From positions 3,348,001 to 3,412,000 of the forward strand of contig NC_091997.1 in NCBI RefSeq assembly GCF_044704955.1: 64,000 nucleotides of DNA, in the 5' to 3' direction. This document shows positions 49,359 through 61,034 of this stretch, one piece after another. The position numbers and the translations under genes were made by a program. This DNA comes from Pristiophorus japonicus. Its lineage: Eukaryota. The notes under the pieces are model-generated. The model had not been told where the DNA came from, did not search any database, and saw only the letters and a program-made list of their open reading frames with translations. Each line of letters starts with the position of its first letter. Within the stretch, counting starts at the first letter, position 1.

Positions 49359-52300
49359 CTGCTCACCACATTTCACAGTTTTTATAAAGGAAAGAACATA
49401 CTGTTCCTGGGGCAAATTTGGAAGACAATCTCTCTCTCTAGTCATTTCAAAAAACTAGTGGCAGATAATACAGCGAAATTGATTACATCTAAAGGGAGGG
49501 CACTTAAAGGAAATTTCAACCCTTTTCCAAGAAGTAAACCAGAAACAACCTGTCACACTTCTCACACACCACCTTTCCGCTTACATTTTCTCTGTCTGCA
49601 TTTTCAGTTTATGTATTCAAGTAAGGAATGCCGATTATCAATGTACATCTAGACATGATGTAATGTTCCCAGTGTATTCTTAAAGCAATACAGATATTAT
49701 CAAAGTGCTGGTTATGACACGAATGGTGATAACTATTTAAAAATGGTGTTCAACTGTCAAAATAAGCTTAAAAACATTTCTAGGCCAGCATGTCCGTCAT
49801 CATCTGAAATGAGAGAAAACATCAATGAACATTTTTGGTTTTGATCTTATCCATTTTTGAATTTACTGATACAAATTGGACGCTGCTATCTCTCTTCATA
49901 GTTCTCTCCTCCATATCTTCAGCACTCCTGGCATAAAGGGGGGGGCTGGATGTGGGGAGAGGCGTTGAATTTCCACAAGGGTTCTCCCGATCATCTGCCG
50001 TCACTCAGTGGAGGATCCACAGAAATCCAGAGAAATGGCGAAAATGAGCCAAATGGCCTCTTTCTGTGCCGTAAGCTTCAGTGGTTCTCTGCACCCACAG
50101 TACAGGCTAGTTCCATGACATTCAGGATATGTAGTTAAATAAAGCCTGTAGACAGAGCCAGAATAAGGATTCATTTCTGACTTTGAGAAGCCTCGTTCGC
50201 CTGTAGCACACCACCAAAACCTAAGAAAATGTTGAGAAAATAGTGCAATTCCAATCTGCATTACCAGGGGATGAAGCTCAGGAAATGACTCTTAAAGCGA
50301 TGATCACACAGTTTTCTTATAGCAGTATTACCAACATGTTGGACATTACACTATCATAAGAAATAATTTAACATAAATTGTTCAGATACCAATTAATGAA
50401 AGTTTCACTAATTTTTTTAATTTGACGATGGTTTAAATCCTACAGCATTAATCCCTTCTTCAATATCTTTTGCTTTGCTGAGCGCAAACTGAAAAGTAAT
50501 GGCACTGTAATTGTGGCCGAAGGTGTACCTCCGGAGTACGTACCTACCTGCTGTTGTCCAAGCTGCGGAGAGTTCGGGTCTCGGGCCTCCAGCCGTACAC
50601 AGTGGAATGGCTCACGGATCCCAGGGACGCAGGCATCCCTGGGATCACATTGGCCAAGTCCTCCAATGAGAAAGGAGGATTCCATTGCAGTCTTTTAGGA
50701 ACTGAATCCCCTAATGACATGCAATGGCATCCCCAACTAATTAAACAATCTGGACAATTCAATAAATATAAATGGTCTGAAGTTCAATTTTATTCATAAC
50801 TCGCTTCATTCCAGCAAATACAATACAAAATAATTTTTTTGTAAAATAATTTTAAACATTTTAATCTGGGCCAATAGTTGCATAAGCTAATTTTAAGTGT
50901 TTGTGCATCATTTTTTATTTTTAAATGTTTAATTTAAAGATTTATAATAACCCCTATGCTGATGCAAGCAAGCCCAATGCCTGATTTTACCAGCCTTAAG
51001 AGTTTCGTGGACAATTTTAAAAATTCGTTCATGGCATCGCTGGCAAGGCCAGCATTTATTGCCCATCCCTAATTGCCCTTGAGAAGGTGGTGGTGAGCTG
51101 CCTTCTTGAACCGCTGCAGTCCTTGTGGTGAAAGTACTCCCACAGGGCCCAAGTTTCGGGTAGAGTTGCTCCTATTTTTTGGAGCAACTAGTTTAGTTTG
51201 GAGAATGTTAGAAATTGCAATTCTCGGATATTAGTTTGCTCCAGTTCTACTGAGTTAGTTGAGGTTGGCTTTAGGTAAGGTATTTTTTTTTCAAAAGGGG
51301 GTGTGTCCAGCCACTCAGGCCTGTTTTGCAAGTTTCGGCAGTGAAAACTTACTACAAACTAACTTAGGCTGGAGTAAGTGCCCACTTTTGTAAGTTCAGA
51401 ACAACCTTACCTAGAGGTAAGCTCAGTGCAGGCACAGCCGGAGAGGGGGGTGGGAATTAAACGCAAAAAGGACTGAAGCATTAAATATATCACTTTTAAA
51501 ATGTCCAAAAACCTCTTTTGATGATATCTTGCCTTATATCTGCTGAATGAGGATAGTTGCTTCTTTTTTTTATAAATAAACAAGTGTAGGCTCCCGGCTG
51601 AGGCAGGCACATCAACACCTAATTATGGCTAATTTGATCCTTTGGAAATCATCATACCCCATTAGTCCAACCTATTACTTGAATGACTCACCTCATTTGT
51701 AAAACTAACTGTTTGGCATTGTGCCTCCGTCAGGGACAGACTGTTAGAGTAGCGTGTTGTAAGCCACCCTAACCCACCATTGTCTCCCACACCCCCAGCA
51801 ACACTCTTCCTCCCGCCCACGTCCCAACCCTTTGCTCCGTGTGTCCCTCCTCACTCCTGCACTCCCAACAGCACTCTTCCCCTCCCCGCTCCACCCCCCA
51901 GCCCCCAACCCAACCCCTCGCAGCCAGCAGCAGGACCAATCGGTGTGTTTCAGATACTGTAGGGCAATTAGTCGCTGGCTTCCTCGGTCCACGGACACCC
52001 ATCTCACTGCAGCAGGAGAGATCTCTGAGCCACGACACACCACACCAGCATGCCCCTCGATCATGGCTAGGTGCAGGAGGCACGCATGACTGAAGGGATG
52101 AGGGATGTATATCTTTTGCAGGTGTTCCTTAAAGATTGTGTTTGGTATGTTAATGGACCAGGAATCAGTTGTAATGTTAAGTAATGAACTTTATTGATAT
52201 GCTTACAATGTACTTTACTTTAGTGCAATAATAATAAAACCATTCTTGTCATGATTCTGTCTCAATGTACAATACATTTCATTGAAATCTTTACAATGTA

Positions 52301-52583
52301 CTTTACTGCAATAAAATCACTGTTGTATCAATTTTGATTTAACTCTTTCTGATCACTTCACAACCCCAAACATTTATATAGTTCTAAAGTTAGAAAACAT
52401 AGTAAACAATTTTAATCTGTAAACAGAATTACTGAACAACCATAAGATAACTTTAACGCAGTAAATGTAAACAACTGACTAAGATCACTTAAAAACTCTA
52501 TGATCACTTATATACTTGTACAATTACAAAACTTAGTACACAATTTCAATTTGTAAACATTTCCAACAGTGGCATCAAATCTA

Positions 52584-54317
52584 CTACATCAACACCAGCA
52601 GCAAAGAAAGGCTGCACCCAGCTCTCATCCACATCTCGGTGCATGTGCACTGCCTCATGGGGAGGGAGGTGTAAGGGAAGAGAAGGGGTGGTGGGGTGTA
52701 GGGGAATAGAAGGGATGGTGGGGGGAAGAGAGGGTGGATAGGGGAAGAGAGAAGGTGAGGGGAGAGGGGGGGTCCCTGCTTGGATCTCGACAGAGGCTGA
52801 TATTGGGATTGCAGTGGGAGGGGCATTTGATTGGTAGGGAGGTGTGCGCTTATTGCAGCAGCTAACTTTTCGATGGCCTCTGCCAGCATTTGCACTGGCC
52901 GTGCCATTCCTGCACTCAGTTCACGTGGCATAACTGCTATTTGCCCACACAGCGCTGTCAACTCATCACCAACCCCTCTGATGGTGCCCTCCAGTGAACG
53001 GGTAAGGTCATTGCCCTCCACACCCAATGCAATAACGTCAAGCCCATTTATTGAACGCTGCATCTCAGGAGAGCCTACTTGGGTTCTCCTTACTCTCCCC
53101 CCGACTCTGCCTCGTGGCACCCCTCCAGTACGAGGCGCAGGGTGGGACGGTGGGGCCCCGGGTGTTCCACACTGCATTCCACCACCACCACCACCACCAC
53201 TGGGACCCGCTTCCTCTGACACTGGGGCCCTGGGTGTTCCACACTGCATTCCACCACCACCACTGGGACCTGCTTCCTCTGACACTGGGGCCCTGGGTGT
53301 TCCACACTGCATTCCACCACCATCACCACTGTGACTCTCAACCTCAAAGGATGTGAAACCATGGAACGTCTTACCAGAACTTGCATCACTAAGCGCGGAT
53401 GGGTACGCGAGGAGACGATGACATGCTGCATCAGAACTTAAAGCACCACGGAAGGATGGGGGGTGGATGAAGGAGTGGAATGTTGTAGGAGAATTCATGG
53501 TATTCTCTGGGATAGTGAGGCCCTGCACTATGGACTGATCCATATTACGATCGACATTCTTCCCTGAACACATATCCATTCGCCCCTCCTCCCCGTCACC
53601 GCCTTGGTCCTGATCGCATGCATCCGACTCTTCCTCTGAATCTTCTGGATTGACATCATGTTCTGCAAAATATAACCGAACAGTCAAATGGTTAGCAGCA
53701 CAGGAGTGGGCAGGATGGGTGACATGGATAGTCTCGCACATAGCAGGCAAGGCAGCAGGTTGATTTAAAGGGTCACGATGCATTTTCAGGACTTGCCCTC
53801 TCCCAAGCGTGTGGGCCCAGCTTGTGCATCACTGATTGCCTTTCTCCAGGCACGACTCATCATGGCAGTGACCCTCTGTTCCAAGGGTGTCAGTGGGTGC
53901 AGATTTGGCGGGCCTCCTCCTGTTCGTGTTCTTTCCCTTTTGTTGTGAGCCAATTTCTTCTGCAATGATGAAAATATAACTTTTAAGAGAGGGTGCCTTT
54001 CTGCCGGGTGGGACATATACAGCTGGTCACATTTAGAATTGCAATTCCATTGAGAAAATTAAGATATTACTTACACTAACGACTTGACCAAGGTCCTGCC
54101 ATTTCTTTGTACACTGGGCTCCAGATCTCCTGGTATTCACCACTGCGCAGTATTCGTCAGCAAGCAGGTCCCAGCGTTTCTTGATTTCTTTGGGTGCCAC
54201 CTTTGTGCGGCCTCTGTTGCTGGTGTCCAGCTCCTGCCATCTCCCCTCAATGACATTAACTAGTGTCTCGACTTCGTCATGCAAGAAGTTCTTCGTTCTC
54301 GCTGCACGTTCTTGCAT
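52584..54317 (-). CDS. Harbinger Myb/SANT-like protein, 3 exons (54317-54075, 53959-53797, 53662-52584), predicted 494 aa
   Basis: RTKNFLHDEVETLV...KRWDLLA...RSGAQCTKKWQDL|GTAAGT; TTGCAG|KKLAHNKRERTRTGGGPP...LTPLE; GAGG|GCAAGT...TTTTGCAG. Phases 0 and 1 keep the frame open. Confidence 0.8.
53151..53328. repeat. In-frame tandem repeat (~63-72 bp, about 3 copies) in Myb exon 3
   Basis: Encodes (G)nMQCGTPRAPVSEEAGPS repeats. Confidence 0.9.
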
Positions 54318-55678
54318 TGCTGTACAGGTACTGGATTTCCACTCAGTGATTATTAAAAACACGGTCCTTTTCTTGCATGCATGTGTGCAGCACCCCTTTG
54401 CACTCCAAGAATCACTTAAGACTTTTCACTCCTTCCCTTTCTGCACCCATAAATCACACAGCTCGCTGTAACAGAGTGCCACGTTTTCCCTTTAAATGTC
54501 CTTGCTTACACCTTTGTGGCACCTTTGCACAAGATGCAATAAAATAATGTTCAATCCTTTTCCTACCTGCAACCAAAAATCCCAGCCAGCATTAAATGCG
54601 TGCCACGTTCTCGCTTTAAATGGCCGATTGCCAAGGTCGAGATTCCATTGCGCATGCGCGCACATTGCAACGCGCACGCGCAACGATGCCGGCTGCATTT
54701 AGACACACCCACCTGCAGAGTACTATAGGCTTGCTCCGCCCCAGGAAGACAACGCTGCGCCGCGCCAAGCCACGCCAAGCCACGGTCCAGGAGGACCGGA
54801 GAATTGCAGTAATTTATTCCGGCGTACCTTCGAGCCCAGGCAGGTCACGTAAGTCTCGGAGGTGCGCCGTATTCAACAGATGCCGAAACTTGGGCCCATA
54901 GTGCTGTTAGGGAGGGAGTTCCAGGATTTTATTTCAGCGACAATGAAGGAACAGCGATATACTTCCAAGTCAGGATGGTGTGTGACTTCGAGGGGAACGT
55001 GGAGGTGGTGGTCTCATGCACCTACTGCCCTTGTCTGTCTGCCTGGTAGAGGTCGCGGGTTTGGGAGGTGCTGCCAAAGAAGCCTTAGCGAGTTGCTGCA
55101 GTGCATCTTGTAGATGGTGCACACTGCAGCCACGGTGTGCCGGTGGTGGAGGGAGTGAATGTTTAGGGTGGTGAATGGGGGGCCAATCAAATGGGCTGCT
55201 TTGTCCTGGATGGTGTTGAGTGTCTTGAGTGTTGTTGAAGCTGCATTCATCCACGTAGTTGGAGAGTATTCAATCACACTCCTGACTTGTGCCTTGTAGA
55301 TGGTAGAAAGGCTTTGGGGAGTCAAAAAGTGAAACATTCACCACAGAATACCCAACTTCTGACCTGCACTTTTAGCCACAGTATTTATGTGGCTGATCCA
55401 GTTAAGTTTCTGGTCAATGGTGACCCCCAGGATGTTGATTGTGGGGGATTGGGCGATTGTAATGCCATTGAATGTCAAGGGGCGGTGGTTAGACTCTCGC
55501 TTATTGGAGATAGTTATTGCCTGGCACTTGTGTGGCGGGAATGTTACTTGTCACTTATCAGCCCAAGCCTGTATGTTGTCCAGATCTTGCTGCATGCAGG
55601 CACGGACTGCTTCATTATCTGAGGAGTTGCGAATAGCACTGAACACTTTGTCGCCGATCTAAGACGCCTTGCGGGACA

Positions 55679-56797
55679 GTGCGAATTTGCAGGATCTTTG
55701 GGGGAAATATTGCGGGACTTTTTCGTGCTTGGAATCGACCACTAGGTCATTCTTTGCAGACTGCTGTCTGTCGAATGCCTAGATTTGAGCAAGACCATCA
55801 CGATAGCCCAAACCTTCATATCACGAGCGATAACATGAAACAGATATCTTCACAGAATCGAAGTTCACCGGCAAGTACTGTGCATAAAATAATGTTTTCA
55901 GTAGGCAGAACTGTACAGGGCAGGGCCCACACGACCGCAGAGGCCAGACCTAGGCCTAGAGTGCTTCAGAGTCCACCGTGGGGCGTGAATGCGTATCCAT
56001 TAACACCATGTTGGTGCTGCAGGGGCAGTCCTAGAGCTCATCAATGTCGATTCAAACCCTATGTGTGCAAGGGCTGTGGAACAATGGGGCACCTCCAGCG
56101 AATGTGCAAACAATCTCTGACTCACCACGTGGCAGAGTCAGGAGAGGACGACCAATCCAGCGAGGATCACGCTGAACAAGCAGGAGAGACAACTCAACCT
56201 GAGGATGAAGAAGAAGTATATGGGATACACACCTTCACTACCAAAAGCCCTCCGATAATGTTAAAAGTTAAACTCGACGGCACTCCAGTCTCCATGGAAT
56301 TGGACACGGGGGCGAATCAATCAATAATGAGCCAGAAGGCATTCGAGAGGCTGTGGGGCAACAGAGCACAGCGACCCAAGCTGATCCCGATTCAGGCAAA
56401 GCTGCGCACCGACACCAAGGAACTGATACCAGTTATTGGTGGTGCGGACATAAGAGTATCCCATGAGGGAGTGGTGCACGATTTACCACCATGGATTGTT
56501 TCAGGTGATGGGCCAACACTGCTTGGTAGAAGATGGATGAAGAAGATTCGATGGAACTGGGAAGACCTCTGCGTAGCCTCTCCGGCGAACGATGTCTCCG
56601 TTGCTCAAACGCTGAGCAAAGCCCCACCTTCAGCTGAACCAGGCATCGAAGTGCAGATCCATTTGCAGATCCCCAAGGCACAGGCCGCTCATCACGACCA
56701 CGAGGAGGTGAAGATCAACCGAGCAGCGTTACAGGTGCGGTACCCATCGCCCAAAGCCGACGACCTCTTTGCGACAATGGAAGAGGCTCCTTGTTGA
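55679..56797 (+). CDS. Gag C-terminal part + aspartic protease + RT N-terminal stub
   Basis: Open frame homologous to ORF 35674-37026 ([28 protein letters not shown]; [11 protein letters not shown]). Confidence 0.75.
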   Translation: MRICRIFGGNIAGLFRAWNRPLGHSLQTAVCRMPRFEQDHHDSPNLHITSDNMKQISSQNRSSPASTVHKIMFSVGRTVQGRAHTTAEARPRPRVLQSPPWGVNAYPLTPCWCCRGSPRAHQCRFKPYVCKGCGTMGHLQRMCKQSLTHHVAESGEDDQSSEDHAEQAGETTQPEDEEEVYGIHTFTTKSPPIMLKVKLDGTPVSMELDTGANQSIMSQKAFERLWGNRAQRPKLIPIQAKLRTDTKELIPVIGGADIRVSHEGVVHDLPPWIVSGDGPTLLGRRWMKKIRWNWEDLCVASPANDVSVAQTLSKAPPSAEPGIEVQIHLQIPKAQAAHHDHEEVKINRAALQVRYPSPKADDLFATMEEAPC

Positions 56798-56902
56798 CCA
56801 AGCCGAGTGGGACACTGGCCGAAATGATCCAAATGCGTCTCCCCGATGCCAGAGGCAAAATCCCTGGGGAGGAAGATCGCGGCAGTCGGCATCACGGACA
56901 CG

Positions 56903-57046
56903 GACGAGAGTGCGTCCAGACCACGGGACGAAAGTGCGTCCAGACCATGGGACGAGAGAGCGTCCAGACCACGGGACGAAAGTGCGTCCAGACCACGGGA
57001 CGAAAGTGTGTCCAGACCATGGGACGAGAGAGCGTCCAGACCATGG
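56903..57046 (+). repeat. 6 x 24-bp tandem repeat
   Basis: GACGA(G/A)AG(T/A)G(C/T)GTCCAGACCA(C/T)GG repeated six times, encoding DESASRPR-like units. Confidence 0.95.
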
Positions 57047-58215
57047 GATGTCGCCGCAACGAAACAGGGGCATGTGTTGCCCAGCAAGGAAGACAACTGG
57101 GTTTGGGGCAAAGGTAAAGGGGCGGCCGCTGAGAAGGCCAGAAGCCCACTAAGTTCCAATAAATTATTTGCACTGTGTAACCCATGTGAGTGTTCTATCG
57201 CGGCCAATGATTTACTATCATATGGGGTCAGGGATACATTACAACAAGCCAAAGTAGCGGGTGAACACCAACCGGTTGTATATATATCCAGTAAGTTAAC
57301 CAAGGCTGTAGCCTGGGTTCACGGGACAAAAGAGACGTACCAAAGAGTGTCCCATTATTTGCTCAAGTCAGACAAGCTGCCCATCCCACAGTTTGGGGAG
57401 AGCAGAGGCACTATTATCAATACTTTGTTTCGAGAATGTCTAACATTGTCTGTGCACTGTAACATGATCCGCCACGGGCCAGGCACAGAGAGCGGCATTA
57501 ATGCTCTCAGTTGGCTACCGTTGCCCACCAACGGGGTGGAAACTGCGCAGCCTGCAGACCTACTCGTTGTCGTGGAAGTGCTAGAAAGCGAGGGGTCAAC
57601 CATAACGGCCCCCCAGTTTAGGACCTGGACCAGCCAGGATCCCACGTTACCGCCTGCTAACGGCGAACCGCTAGACGGGATGTTGCAGCTTATCCATCAC
57701 AAAGACGAAAGGCTCATCCCATCAGATTGTAACGTTGCAAAGAAAGGCAGGGAGGCTACACACAGTTGGTGGTCTGGGGCCTCCATACCATGGCCCAGGA
57801 TCCACGGGGAACCACATGGCCTCCCGCCATTACTGAAAGTCTCAAGGTCATACCGGCCATCCTGGGCTTGCCAGACCTTAGGGTCGGCGACAATAATCCG
57901 GAGCAGGCAGCACAAATCATAAAGCCAAGCACCACACGTGTCACTGTAGACTCCCTACAGATCCGGCTATCCCTGGTGCTACGCAGTAACCAGACAGAAT
58001 CACTCAGAACCGAGCCTTCTGTATGCTATCAGCAGAGAATGTACCATGATCGCACGGCTCCTCAACGCGACATCAGAATAAATGATGTAACCATGTTCAG
58101 GGCCCCAGTTGGGCTGCTAGCACTGTGCTAGCCAAAGAGGGGAATGTGATGAAAGTGGAGCATTTGTTGTGAAAACATGTACTGGGCAAACACAGAAAGC
58201 ATTTGGACCAGACCA

Positions 58216-59910
58216 TAGAAACATAGAAACATAGAAAATAGGTGCAGGAGTAGGCCATTCGGCCCTTCGAGCCTGCACCACTATTCAATGAGTTCATGGC
58301 TGAACATGCAACTTCAGTACCCCATTCCTGCTTTCTCGCCATATCCCTTGATCCCCCGAGTAGTAAGGACTTCATCTAACTCCCTTTTGAATATATTTAG
58401 TGAATTGGCCTCAACAACTTTCTGTGGTAGAGAATTCCACAGGTTCACCACTCTCTGGGTGAAGAAGTTTCTCCGCATCTCAGTCCTAAATGGCTTACCC
58501 CTTATCCTTAGACTGTGACCCCTGGTTCTGGACTTCCCCAACATGGGGAACATTCTTCCTGCATCTAACCTGTCTAAACCCATCAGAATTTTAAACGTTT
58601 CTATGAGGTCCCCTCTCATTCTTCTGAACTCCAGTGAATACAAGCCCAGTTAATCCAATCTTTCTTGATAGGTCAGTCCCGCCATTCCCGGAATCAGTCT
58701 GGTGAACCTTCGCTGCACTCCCTCAATAGCAAGAATGTCCTTCCTCAGGTTAGGAGACCAAAACTGTACACAATACTCCAGGTGTGGCCTCACCAAGGCG
58801 CTGTACAACTGTAGCAACACCTCCCTGCCCCTGTACTCAAATCCCCTCGCTATGAAGGCCAACATGCCATTTGCTTTCTTAACCGCCTGCTGTACCTGCA
58901 TGCCAACCTTCAATGACTGATATACCATGACACCCAGGTCTCGTTGCACCTCCCCTTTTCCTAATCTGTCACCATTCAGATAATAGTCTGTCTCTCTGTT
59001 TTTACCACCAAAGTGGATAACCTCACATTTATCCACATTATACTTCATCTGCCATGCATTTGCCCACTCACCTAACCTATCCAAGTTGCTCTGCAGCCTC
59101 ATAGCATCCTCCTCGCAGCTCACACTGCCACCCAACTTAGTGTCATCCGCAAATTTGGAGATACTACATTTAATCCCCTCGTCTAAATCATTAATGTACA
59201 GTGTAAACAGCTGGGACCCCAGCACAGAACCTTGCGGTACCCCACTAGTCACTGCCTGCCATTCTGAAAAGTCCCCATTTACTCCTACTCTTTGCTTCCT
59301 GTCTGACAACCAGTTCTCAATCCATGTCAGCACACTACCCCCAATCCTATGTGCTTTAACTTTGCACATTAATCTCTTGTGTGGGACCTTGTCGAAAGCC
59401 TTCTGAAAGTCCAAATATACCACATCAACTGGTTCTCCTTTGTCCACTCTACTGGAAACATCCTCAAAAAATTCCAGAAGATTTGTCAAGCATGATTTTC
59501 CTTTCACAAATCCATGCTGACTTGGACCTATCATGTCACCTCTTTCCAAATGCGCTGCTATGACATTCTTAATAATTGATTCCATCATTTTACCCACTAC
59601 CGATGTCAGGCTGACCGGTCTATAATTCCCTGTTTTCTCTCTCCCTCCTTTTTAAAAAAGTGGGGTTACATTGGCTACCCTCCACTCGATAGGAACTGAT
59701 CCAGAGTCAATGGAATGTTGGAAAATGACTGTCAATGAATCCGCTATTTCCAAGGATACCTCCTTAAGTACTCTGGGATGCAGTCCATCAGGCCCTGGGG
59801 ATTTATCGGCCTTCAATCCCATCAATTTCCCCAACACAATTTCCCGACTAATAATGATTTCCCTCAGTTCCTCCTCCTTACTAGACCCTCTGACCCCTTT
59901 TATATCCGGT
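58216..59910 (-). mobile_element. 5'-truncated CR1 nested in the Gypsy derivative
   Basis: RT ORFs 58650-59597 and 58314-58643, near-identical to 45220-46914. TSD GACCA at 58211-58215 and 59911-59915. Confidence 0.95.
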
Positions 59911-61034
59911 GACCAAACTGCGAACTACAGATAACCAGGAACTACTGTGAAAGGACCTGGCCCCCAGTGACCCACTAACACAATCGACCTCGCCGTCAAC
60001 CACGAGGATGAACCCACCATGCCCGTCAGTCCGATCAGACCAGCTGCACGGCCCTGCAGCAACGATCCGACCAACTCACCCATGACAGGACTTCAACTCA
60101 GGCGATCGACCCGGGGATGCAGGGCACCAGATCGCCTCAACTTGCAAATAACTTGTACATAAGACTTTGAGGGAGGGAGTATGTATGTAAACCTCACTAA
60201 TATGTAAGACTTTTCACTAGAGGGCACACCTGTGGGAGACCTAAGGGTTACCTGTGCACCCTGGGGCAAGCAGGTATAAAAGGTGATTCACCATGCTGCT
60301 TCCTCACTCTGGAGTCTGAATAAAGAGACCAAGGTCACAACAGTTTGAGCTTACAATGCAGTCTTGTGGATTTATTCTGAACATAACAGCAAGTTGTGAG
60401 TTTTTGTGCATGTGGAAACCCGCAAGTTCCGTGGCCTTTCTGAAGGATTATGACGGCGTACGTACAAGGACACCATGATTTCAGGGCCATTGATGAGGCC
60501 GTCGGTCAGTATATATATATATATATCAAGAGTGCAATAAATATGAAAATAATTCTGCAATTGAAGCTTGACTCATGTGCTAAACATTTGTGAAGCCTGC
60601 AGTATTAGTACAAAGTCAGATCAATGTTGTGGTAAAATTAAATTATGAGTCATTTCAACTGTAAAGGCTTTATTTTTTTATCCTGTGCAGTTGCACAAAC
60701 CCACTCAAATTCCAGTTCCTAATTAAATGTTCCTTGCAGATTTCACAAATCTTCCTGTATTCCCTTGGTGGTTTTCCTGTGGCTCTCTAAGAGTGAAAAA
60801 CACGTGAAGGAAAAAAATAGGATTGCCATATTTTGATAAGTAGTAATGAAATACAATTACTCCAACTTATTTGGATGAGTTCTCCTCATTAGCTGACAAA
60901 TACCGGTTGTGCAATGTATTGAGAATAGCAATACATCTTCATCAAAGATGCATAAGGTTACAAAGATGGGGACGATGGGGAGTGGACGAGGGGGAGGTGG
61001 GGGGGTGGAGTGAGGCCACAAAGAGATTTATTGG

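Larger units (their letters stand above)
51145..54897. mobile_element. PIF/Harbinger element B (Myb/SANT gene only)
   Basis: Perfect 15-bp TIR GGGCCCAAGTTTCGG / CCGAAACTTGGGCCC. 3-bp TSD ACA/ATA with one mismatch. Confidence 0.92.
51017..55648 (-). mobile_element. CR1/L2-group LINE (same family as 38030), split by Harbinger element B
   Basis: Tail at 51017-51144 and body at 54898-55648 (LSTIYKAQVRSVIEYSP). The two halves rejoin as CTCCCACAGTGCTGTTAGGG. Confidence 0.85.
55649..60388 (+). mobile_element. Internally deleted Ty3/Gypsy derivative, 5' end missing, 3' LTR ~60181-60388
   Basis: Gag knuckles [13 protein letters not shown] and [14 protein letters not shown], protease LDTGAN, vestigial RT/RH/IN pieces, PPT GAGGGAGGGAG. 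LTR has TATAAAA and AATAAA and ends TAACA. Confidence 0.85.

Noticed and set aside
49755-49804. Strong minus-strand acceptor TTTTCTCTCATTTCAG followed by a short frame
   Set aside because: All frames stop within about 16 codons and no gene context supports it.
56903-57046. CRISPR-like regular repeats
   Set aside because: The units are contiguous with no unique spacers, there are no cas genes, and the context is a eukaryotic retrotransposon.
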